DNA from: Somniosus microcephalus
Taxonomy: Eukaryota
DNA length: 64,000 bases
Reading direction: 5' to 3'
Assembly (NCBI GenBank): GCA_052327205.1
Contig: CM126228.1
Span: 42,408,001-42,472,000, forward strand
The number at the start of each line of letters is the position of its first letter. The first letter of the stretch is position 1. Under the pieces are notes generated by a model, which saw only the letters and a program-made list of their open reading frames with translations, did no database searches and was not told the DNA's origin. This document shows positions 48,708 to 59,597 of this stretch, one piece after another. Both the position numbers and the translations under genes were made by a program.

Positions 48708-49455
48708 CAGAACATAAGAAATAGAAGCAGGAGTAGGCCATTTGGCCCTTCGAGCCTGTTCCACCATTCAATAAGATCATGGCTGATCTACCTCATCTCT
48801 ATTTTTCTGCACGACCCCCATATCCCCTGATTCCCTTAATATTCAAAAATTTATCGATCTGTCATGAATATACTCAACAACTGAGCCTCCGCAGTCCTCT
48901 GGGGTAGAGAATTCCAAAGAATCACCACCCACTGAGTGAAGAAATTTCTCCTCATCTCAGTCCTAAATGGCCGACCCCTTATTCTGAGACTGTGACCCCT
49001 GGTTCTAGACTCCCCAGCCAGGGGAAACATCCTCCCTGCATCTACCCTGTCAAGCCCTGTAAGAATTTTGTATGCTTCATGAGATCACCTCTCATTCTTC
49101 TAAACTCTAGAGAATATAGCCCTAGTCTACTCAATCTCTCCTCATAGGACAATCCCCCCCATTCCAGTAACCAGTCTGGTGAACCTTCGTTGCACTCCCT
49201 CTATGGCAAGTATATCCTTGCTTAGGTAAGGAGACAAATACTCCAGGTGTAGTCTCACCAGGGCCCTGTATAATTGCAGTAAGACGTCTTTACTCTTATA
49301 CTCAAATCCTCTTGTAATAAAGGCCAACATACCATTTGCTTTCCTAATTGCTTGCTGTACCTGCATGTTAACTTTCAGTGATTCGTGTACAAGGACACTC
49401 AGGTCCCTCTGAACACCAACATTTCCCAATCTCTCACCATTTAAAAAATACTCTG

Positions 49456-52400
49456 TGACATGAATCTTGTTATTCATGTGGAAATGACTTCTGAAATAAT
49501 ACTGGGCGGTCTTCTGGTGGCGCTGTCCAGGGAGAGGGAGGATCCAGTTGTCGTGGTCCATGTTGGGACAAACGACGTAGATAGGACAAGGAAGGCGGTT
49601 CTGTTAAAGGAGTATGAGCAGCTAGGGGTCAAATTAAAAAACAGAACCTCAAGGGTAATAATCTCTGGGTTATTACCTGAGCCACGAGCGAATTTGGCTA
49701 GGATAAATAAAATTAAATAGTTAAATGCGTGGCTCAAAGACTGGTGTGGGAGAAATGGGTTTTGCTTCTTGGGACACTGGCACCAGTACTGGGACAGGAG
49801 GGAGCTGGTCCGTTGGGACGGACTCCACTTGGCCAGTGCTGGGACTAGAGTCCTGGCGAATCATATAACTAGGGCTGTAGAGAGGGCTTTAAACTAATTA
49901 GTGGGGGGGAGGTTTCTAGAGAGCAAATAATAGAAATGACAACGGAGAAGGTCATAGACTTAGGTAGCAGTGGGGGAATAAAAAAACAGAACGTGTCAGG
50001 AAGGGACAGAAGGTATGGAGTAAAAGGTAAAGTAGTAAAAGGGGAAAAAACAGGAACTAAGTGTCACAAAACATATTTGAAAGTTCTTTATCTGAATGCA
50101 CGTAGCATTCGTAACAAAATGAATGAGTTAACGGCACAAATAACTACATATGGGTATGATCTTGTGGCCATTACAGCAACATGGCTGCAGGGTAACCATG
50201 ACTGGGAATTAAACATACCAGGTTATTTAACAATCAGGAAGGACAGGCAGGAAGGGAGGGGAGGTGGGGTGGCTATGTTAATAAAGGAAGGAATCACTAT
50301 AATACAGAGAAATGATATTGGGTCAAAGGAGCAGGATAGTGAAACAGTTTGGGTGGAGATAAGGAATATAAGGGGAAAAAAACACTAGTGGGCGTAGTCT
50401 ATAGGCCTCCGAACAGTTGCAACTCTGTTGGACGGCGTATTAATCAGGAAATAGTTGAGGCTTGTAATAAGGGAACAGCTATAATTATGGGGGATTTTAA
50501 CTATCATATTAACTGGACAAATCAAATTGGGCAGAGCAGCCTTGAGGATGAGTTCATTGAGTGTATTAGGGACGGGTTTCTTGAGCAGTATGTAACTGAA
50601 CCGACCAGGGGGCAAGCAACCTTAGATTTGGTCCTGTGTAATGAGACAGGATTAATTAAAAATGTCCTAGTAAAGGATCCCCTTGGAATGAGTGACCATA
50701 ACATGGTTGAATTCCATATTCAATTAGAGGGTGAGAAGGTTGGATCTCAAACAAGCGTGCTGAGCTTGAATAAAGGAGACTATGAAGGTATGAGAGCAGA
50801 ATTGATTAGAGTGGACTGGGAAAATAGATTAAAGGGTAAGATGGTACATGATCAGTGGTGTACATTTAAGGAGTTATTTTACAACTTCCAAAAAATATAT
50901 ATTCCACTGAGGAAAAAAGGGTGTAAAAGAAAAGATAGCCATCCGTGGCTAAGTAAAGTAATTAAGGATAGTATCCAACTAAAAACAAGGCCATATAAGG
51001 TAGCCAAATCTAGTGGGAGGATAGAAGATTGGGAAGTCTTTAAAAGACAGCAAAAAATAACTTAAAAGATTGATTAAGAAAGGGAAGATAGATTATGAAA
51101 GTAAATTAGCAAAAAATATAAAAACAGATCGCAAAAGTTTCTATAGTTATATAAAAAGAAAAAGGGTGGCTAAAGTAAATGTTGGTCCCTTAGAGGATGA
51201 GACCGGGAAATTAATGGTGGGAAACATGGAGATGGCAAAAACGCTGAACAAATATTTTGTATCAGTCTTTACGGTAGAGGACACTAAGAATATCCCAACA
51301 CTGGACAAACAGGGGGCTCTAGGGGGGGGGGAGGAGCTAAATACGATTAAAATCACTAAGGAAGTGGTACTTGGTAAAATAATGGGACTCAAGGTGGATA
51401 AATCCCCTGGACCTGATGGCTTACATCCTAGGGTCTTGAGGGAAGCGGCAGTAGGGATTGTGGATGCATTGGTAATAATTTTCCAAAACTCCCTGGACTC
51501 AGCAAAGGTCCCGGCAGATTGGAAAACTGCTAATGTAACACCCTTATTTAAAAAGGGTAGTAGGCAGAAGGCTGGAAACTATAGACCTGTTAGCCTAACA
51601 TCTGTGGTTGGTAAAATGTTAGAGTCCATTATTAAGGAGACAGTAACGGGACATTTGGATAAACATAATTTAATAGGACAAACTCAGCATGGTTTCATGA
51701 AGGGGAAGTCATGTTTGACAAATTTGCTTGAGTTCTTTGAGGAAGTAACATACAGGGTGGATAAAAGGGAACCAGTGGATGTAGTGTATTTAGACTTCCA
51801 AAAGGCATGTGACAAGGTGCCACACAAAAGATTATTGCTCAAGATAAAAAATCACGGGATTGGGGGTAATATTCTGGCGTGGGTGGAGGATTGGCTCTCT
51901 AACAGAAAGCAGAGAGTTGGGGTAAATGGTTCGTTCTCAGACTGGCAATCAGTAACTGGTGGTGTTCCGTAGGGGTCAGTGCTGGGTCCCCAACTCTTTA
52001 CAATCTATATTAACGATTTGGAGGAGGGGACCGAGTGTAACATATCAAAGTTTGCAGATGATACAAAGATGGGAGGGAAAGTAGTGAGTGAAGAGGACAT
52101 AAAAAACCTGCAAAGGGACATAGACAGGCTAAGTAAGTGGGCAGAGATTTGGCAGATGGAATACAATACTGGAAAGTGTGAGGTTATGCACTTTGGCAGG
52201 AAAAATCATAGAGCAAGTTATTATCTTAATGGCAAGAAACTGGAAAGTACTGTAGTACAAAGGGATCTGGGGGTCCTGGTGCACGGAACTCAAAAAGTTA
52301 GTATGCAGGTGCAGCAAGTGATCAAGAAGGCCAATGGAATGTTGGCTTTTATTGCTAGGGGGGTAGAATATAAAAACAGGGAGGTATTGCTGCAGTTATA

Positions 52401-53481
52401 CAAGGTATTGGTGAGACCGCACCTGGAATACTGCATACAGTTTTGGTGTCCATACTTAAGAAAAGACATACTTGCTCTCGAGTCAGTACAAAGAAGGTTC
52501 ACTCGGTTAATCCCGGGGATGAGGGGGTGGTCATATGAGGAGAGGTTGAGTAGATTGGGACTCTACTCATTGGTGTTCAGAAGAATGAGAGGCGATCTTA
52601 TTGAAACATATAAGATTGTGAAGGGGCTTGATCGGGTGGATGCGGTGAGGATGTTCCCAATGATGGGTGAAACTAGAACTAGGGGGCATAATCTTAGAAT
52701 AAGGGGCTGCTCTTTCAAAACTGAGATGAGGAGAAACTTCTTCACTCAGAGGGTGGTAGGTTTGTGGAATGTGCTGCCCCAGAAAGCTGTGGAAGCTACA
52801 TCATTAAATACATTTAAAACAGAAATAGATAGATTCCTAGAAGTAAAGGGAATTAAGGGTTATGGGGAGCGGGCAGGAAATTGGACATGAGTCTAGGTTC
52901 GGAATGGTCATGGCCCTGTGGGTAGTGGAGTGGGCCCAGGGGCTGTGTAGCCTGGTTCTGCTCCTACTTCTTGTGTTCTAATTCTGAGTTAGATTTCAGG
53001 AGATGGTTTTATTCCTGTTCCTGGCTGGGGTGGAGATCGCCTTTACAGAAGGTAAGTACTATAGAAAATATAGGGACAGAGTGATCTCCTGGAAGAATTT
53101 CGATCACCTAGATGGGTTGGAGAGGAATTTCCCAAATTTTTTCTCCCAAATTGGCCATTGGGTTTTTTACCTGGTTTTTCGCCTCTCCCGGGAGATCACA
53201 TGGGCTCGGGTGGGATGGAGAGTGATAGAAGATTTGAGGTTAGGATCAGATCAGCCATGATCTTATTGAATGGTGGAGCAGGCTCGAGGGGCCGATTGGC
53301 CTACTCCTGCTCCTATTTCTTATGTTATGAGAGTATAAATACTCGGGCACGGGCCCAGTTTGCTCAGTACATTCTTTTACAGGAACTCGTGAAGGACACA
53401 AGTAGATCTCCATGTTTTAAAACAGTTGATTAAAGCTTTGTTTAACGCTTAGACCAAGTGCCCAGTAGTTTTCTTACGTCA
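49456..53481 (+). mobile_element. Solo LTR family L1 copy, split by CR1 copy B (LTR parts 49456-49536 and 53329-53481)
   Basis: TGACATG...TACGTCA; TSD CTCTG/CTCTA; reverse complement of 33073-33300. Confidence 0.87.
49537..53328 (+). mobile_element. CR1 copy B: ORF1 esterase 3' half, full ORF2 (endonuclease plus RT, disrupted) and a long 3' UTR
   Basis: ORF1 DPVVVVHVGTND..VIISGLLP (SGNH esterase type); ORF2 YLNARSIRNK, GVVYRPP, GDFN, SDHN, KFADDTK; one frameshift and two stops; GAGAG duplicated at both junctions. Confidence 0.95.
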
Positions 53482-54437
53482 CTCTACTTTTCTATTTTTC
53501 CTACCAAAGTGGATAACTTCACATTTCTCCACATTATATTCCATTTGCCATGTTCTTGCCCATTCACTTAGCCTGACTACATCCCCTTGAAGCCTCTTTG
53601 CATCCTCCTCACAACTTACATTCCCACCCAGCTTTGTATCAGCAGCAAACTTGGATATATTACATTTGGTCCCCTCATCCATTGATGTATTGTGAGTAGC
53701 TGAGGCCCAAGCACTGATCCTTGCAGTACCCCACTAGTTGCAGCCTGCCAACCCAAAATGACCTGTTTTTTCCTACTCTCTGGTTTCTGTCCGTTAACCA
53801 ATCCTCAATCCATGCTAGTATATTACCCCAATCTCATGAGTCCTAATTTTGTTTAATAACCTCTTGTGTGGCACCTTATCGAATGCCTTCTGAAAATCCA
53901 AATACACCACATCCATTAGTTCCACCTTATCTATTCTGCTAGTTACAACCTCAAAAAACTCGAACAGATTTGTCAAACACGATTTCCCTTTCATAAATCC
54001 GTGCTGATTCTGCCCAATCCTATTATTACTTTCTAAGTGCCCTGTTACCACGTCCTTAATAATAGATTCTAGCATTTTCCCTACTACTGATGTCAGGCTA
54101 ACTAGTCTGTAGTTCCCCATTTTCTCTCTTCCTCCTTTCTTAAGTAGTGGGGTTACATTTGCTACCTTACAATCCATGGGAACCGTTCCATAATCTATGG
54201 AATTTTGGAAAATGACAACCAAATGCATCCACTATCTTTATAGCCACCTCTTTCAAAACCCTAGGATGTTGGCCATCTGGTCCAGGGGATTTATCGGCTT
54301 TCAGTCCCATTAATTTCTCCAGTACTATTTTTTTTTACTAATACTAGTTTCTTTCAGTTCCTCATTCTTGCTAGACCCTTGGTTCTCCACTATTTCCGGG
54401 AAGTTTTTGCATCTTCTTCCATGAAGACAGACACAAA

Positions 54438-55355
54438 GGGCAGGATTTTCATTGGGCCGTTGAGGCGGGATTGGAGGCATGTGGGGGTTAAAATCCTGAA
54501 ATTGGGGGTCCCAAACCCATCCCGCACCCAACCCACCTCCATGCCAATTTCAAAGGAGGCAGGTACCCGACCCGCACTGGGACCCGCCTCACCGAGGCGG
54601 GAAGGGGATTAGTGCCAATTAACTGCCTGTTAACAGGCAGTTTTTTAGCCTAATCCCTATTTTCATTTTTGAAATGTGGGATTCCCGACAGCTCCAAACC
54701 ACGCCAAGTTAGCGAGGCGAGCTGTCGGGATGAAGGGCTTGGAGGGGTCGAGATGTCCGGTGTTCAGGTGAGTGATCGGTGCAAGAGTGCAGAGGTAAGT
54801 GTGTTTGGTGTGTTTAAAGTGTTTAAAGAAGTTTTACTTATATTTACATACCTTTACAGCCTTCCTTTCCTCAGGTCTCGGGAGTCCCTCATCTCAGCAG
54901 CACAGAAAGCAGAATGGCCGCGATCTGTCAAAAGTTCCAGCATTCAGCTTTCTGTTCCGGGGAGATCGCTAAATCATCCTGACAGGAAGGAATTAACTTG
55001 GAGTACAGATTGTCAGTGTTTGACAGCTTCAAACAGCTGTCGGACACTGATATTTCATCTGTCAAAAGGTCTTGACAGATGAAATAACAATCTGTGATGT
55101 CACCTGTGCCGGGTGGCCCTTAATTTGCCTGCTGAGCCCGCTAGGCGGGCTCAACAAGGTCAATCAAGTCAAAATCACGTGGGTTGGCTATTACCTGATG
55201 GAGGCGGGACTAAACCCCGAAAGTTGTAGTCCCGCCTCCTACCCGCTAACTTGGCGTGGTTTGGAGCCGTTGGGAATCCCACATTTCAACAATGAAAATA
55301 GGGATGAGGCTAAAAACTGCCGGTTAACTACCTGTCCTCAATGAAAATCCAGCCC
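54438..55355 (-). mobile_element. PIF/Harbinger-type MITE family A, copy 3 (inverted)
   Basis: TIRs GGGCAGGATTTTCATTG / CAATGAAAATCCAGCCC; 3-bp TSD AAA inside CR1 copy A. Confidence 0.9.
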
Positions 55356-55457
55356 AAAGTATTTGTTTAATTTCTCTGCCATTTCCTTATTCCCCATTAT
55401 AACAACTTCTGTCTCAGCCTGTAAGGAACCCACATTTACTTTTGCTAATCTCTTCCT

Positions 55458-58350
55458 AAGGCTTTGTGTCTTAATGCGAGGAACATTCGTAATAAGGTGG
55501 ATGAATTGGCTGCGCAAATAGAGGTAAACGAATATGATTTGGTTGGGATTACGGAAACGTGGCTCAAGGATGGCCAAGGCTGGGAACTCAACATCCAGGG
55601 GTATTCGATATTCAGCAAAGATAGGCAAAAATCAAAGGGAGGTGGGGTAGCATTACTGGTTAAAGAAGGGATTAACACAATTGTAAGGAAGGATATTAGC
55701 TCTGATGATGTGGAATCTGTATGGGTAGAATTGAGAAATACCAAGGGGCAGAAAACGTTAGTGGGAGTGGTATATAGACCTCCAAACAGTAAGGCGGAGG
55801 TTGGGGATGGCATTAAAAGGGAAATTAAAGAAGCGTGCAATAAGGACACAGCAGTCATCATGGGTGACTTTAATCTACATATAGATTGGGCTAACCAAAT
55901 TAGTAACAATACTGTGGAGGAGGAATTCCTGGAGTGTTTACGGGATGGTTTCCTGGACCAATATGTCGAGGAACCAACCAGAGATCAGGCCATCTTAGAC
56001 TGGGTATTATGTAACGAGAAAGGAGTAATTAGCAATCTTGTTGTACGAGGCCCCTTGGGTCGGAGCGATCATAATATGATAGAATTCTTCATTAAGATGG
56101 AGAATGAAGCAGTTGACTCAGAGACAAGGGTCCTCAATTTAAATAAAGGAAACTACGATGGTCTGAGGCGCGAGTTGGGTAGGATTGATTGGGGAATGTC
56201 ACTCAAAGGGTTGATGGCGGATAGACAATGGCAAACATTCAAAGACCGCATAGATGAACTACAGAAAATGTTCATCCCAGTTTGGCATAAAAATAAAACA
56301 AAAAGGGTGACTCAACCATGGCTAACAAGGGAAATTAGGGATAGCATAAGATCCAAGGAGAGGACATATAAATTGGCCAGAAAAAGCAATAATCCTGAGG
56401 ATTGGGAGCAGTTTAGGATTCAACAAAGGAGGACAAAGGGATTAATTAAGAGGGGGAAAATAGAATATGAGAGTAAGCTTGCAGGGAACATAAAAACTGA
56501 GTGTAAAAGCTTTTATAGATATGTGAAGAGAAAAAGATTGGTGAAGTCAAGCATAGGTCCCTTGCAGTCAGAATCAGGGGAATTTATAATGGGGAACAAA
56601 GAAATGGCAGACCAACTAAATACATACTTTGGTTCTGTCTTCACAAAGGAGGACACAAATAACCTCCCAGAGATGCCGGGGAACATAGGGTCTGATGAAA
56701 GGGTGGAACTGAAAGAAATCAGTATTTGTAGGGAAATGGTGTTAGGGAAATTGATGGGACTGAAGGCCGATAAATCCCCAGGGCCTGATCATCTACATCC
56801 TAGGGTACTTAAAGAAGTGGCCCGAGAAATAGTAGATGCATTGCTGATCATCTTCCAACATTCAATGGAATCTGGAACAGTACCCATGGATTGGAAGGTA
56901 GCTAATGTTACCCCACTATTCAAAAAAGGTGGTAGAGAGAAAACGGGGAATTACAGGCCGGTAAGCCTGACATCGGTAGTGGGAAAATGCTAGAGTCCAT
57001 TATAAAAGATGTAATAGCAGAGCACTTGGAAAACAGTGACAGGATCGGACAAAGTCAACATGGATTCAGAAAAGGTAAATCGTGCTTGACTAATCTACTG
57101 GAATTTTTTGAGGATGTAACTGGTAAAATAGATAAGGGAGAACCAGTGGATGTGGTGTATCTGGACTTTTAGAAGGCCTTCGATAAGGTCCCGCATAAGA
57201 GATTAGCGTGCAAAATTAAGGCACATGGGATTGGGGGCAAGGTATTGACTTGGATAGAGAACTGGTTGGCAGAGAGAAAGCAAAGAGTTGGAATAAACGG
57301 GTCTTTTTCCGAATGGCAGGCAGTGACTAGTAGGGTACCGCAGGGATCGGTCCTTGGACCCCAGCTATTCACAATATATATTAATGATCTGGACAAGGGA
57401 ACTAGATGTAATATCTCCAAATTTGCAGACGACACAAAGCTGGGTGGGCGCGTGTGCTGTGAGGAGGATGTCGAGAAACTCCAGGATGATTTGGACATGT
57501 TGGGTGATTGGGCAGAAACATGGCAGATGCAATATAATGTGGATAAATGTGAGGTTATCCACTTTGGTGGCAAAAACAGGAAGGCAGATTATCTAAATGG
57601 CAATAGATTGGGAGAAGGGGAAGTGCAACGAGACCTGGGTCTCCTTGTGTACCAGTCGCTGAAGGTAAGCATGCAGGTGCAGCAGGCGGTTAAGAAGGCA
57701 AATGGTATGTTGGTTTTCGTAGCGAGAGGGTTTGAGTACAGGAACAAGGATGCCTTGCTGCAGTTGTACAGGGCCTTGGTGAGACCACATCTTGAGTATT
57801 GTGTGCAGTTTTGGTCGCTTTATCTGAGGAAGGATGTTCTTGCCATGGAAGGAGTTCAGCGAAGATTCGCCAGGCTGATACCTGGGATGGCAGGAATGAC
57901 GTATGAGGAGAGATTGGGTCGATTGGACTTGTACTCGCTGGAGTTTAGAAGAATGAGAGGTGATCTCATTGAAACTTATAAAATTCTGACAGGACTGGAC
58001 AGACTAGATGCAGGAAGGATGTTCCCGATGGTCGGGGAGTCCAGAACCAGGGGACACAGTCTAAGGATAAAGGGTAGGCCATTTAGGACAGAAATGAGGA
58101 GGAATTTCTTCACCCAGAGAGTGGTGAACCTGTGGAACTCTCTACCACAGAAGGCGGTGGAGCCCAATTCATTAAATATATTCAAGAAGGAGTTGGATAT
58201 ATTTCTTAAGGCTAAAGTGATTAAGGGGTATGGGGAGAAAGCAGGGACCGGGTACTGAATTTGGATGATCAGCCATGATCGCATTGAATGGCGGAGCAGG
58301 CTCGAGGGGCCGAATGGCCTACTCCTGCTCCTAACTTCTATGTTTCTATG
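55458..58350 (+). mobile_element. CR1 copy C, nearly complete ORF2 (endonuclease plus RT) with 3' UTR
   Basis: ORFs 55464-56993, 56987-57172 and 57245-58258; one frameshift and one stop; (TTCTATGT) tail. Confidence 0.96.
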
Positions 58351-59597
58351 TTACATACCTATAGATGCTTTTACAGTCTGTTTTTATGTCTCTCGCTAGT
58401 TTACTCTCATATTCTATTTTCCCTTTCTTTATCAATTTCTTGGTCCTCCTTTCCTGAATTTTAAAATCCTCCCAATCCTCAGGCTTACTACCCTTTTTGG
58501 CAGCATTGTAAGCCTCTTCCTTTGATCTAATACTATCTTCAACTTCTCGTTAACCACGGTTGGACCACTTTTCCTGTGGGATTTTTGTGCCTTAAAGGAA
58601 TATACATTTGTTGTAAATGATGTATTAATTCTTTAAATGCTAGCCATTGTTTGAACACCATCATACCTTTTAATGCAGTTTCCCAATCTACCGTACCCAA
58701 CTCGCCCCTCATACCTACGTAGTTTGCTTTGTTTAGATTTAAGGCCCTAGTTTTGGATTTAACGAAGTCACTTTCAAACTCAATAAAAAATTCTAACATA
58801 TTATGGTCACTCTTCCCTAAAGGCCCCTTTACTACAAGGTTATTAATTAACCCTTTCTCATTGCATAATACTAGATCTAAAATAGCCTGTTCTCTAGTTG
58901 GTTCCTCAACATACTGATCTAGAAAACTATCTTGCATACATCCCATGAATTTGTCTGCCACACTAGTACTGCAAATTTGGTTTGCCCAATGTATATGTAG
59001 ATTGAAGTCCCCCATGATTACTGTATTACCCTTGTTACATGCACCTCTAAATTCCTGATTTATACTCTGCCCTATTACAACTACTGTTTGGGGGCCTATA
59101 AACAACTCCCACCAATGTTTTCTGACCCTTGCTGTTTCTTAGCTCCACCTAAACTGAATCTACTACTTGATTTTCGGAGCTAAGATCCTTTCTCTCTACT
59201 GTCTTTATCCCATCCTTTATTATCAGGGCTACACCATCTCCTTTTCCATTTTGCCTATCTCTTCTAAAAGTTAAGTATTCTGGAATATTTAGTTCCCAAT
59301 CTTGGTGATGCGCTATCAATTACTCATAAAAGACAGAGAGTTAGGAGAGTAACTAAAAGGCTTTTATTAGCAAAGAAGAGAGCATGCCTCTCGTGGTTGA
59401 CTGGGTTCCAAGAAGGCAGGGGGCTGCAGAGCAGTCACCTTTATACCTGGGCCTGTGGGTGGAGCCAGGGGCGGAGCCAGCAGAGGCATGCTGAGGCATG
59501 CATAGATACAACAGTGTGCAACAACGGTGAACAACAATAACAGTGGTTTACCACATTCACCCCTTGTTTAAAATTGAGTCCGGCGGGGTGAAGTGTA

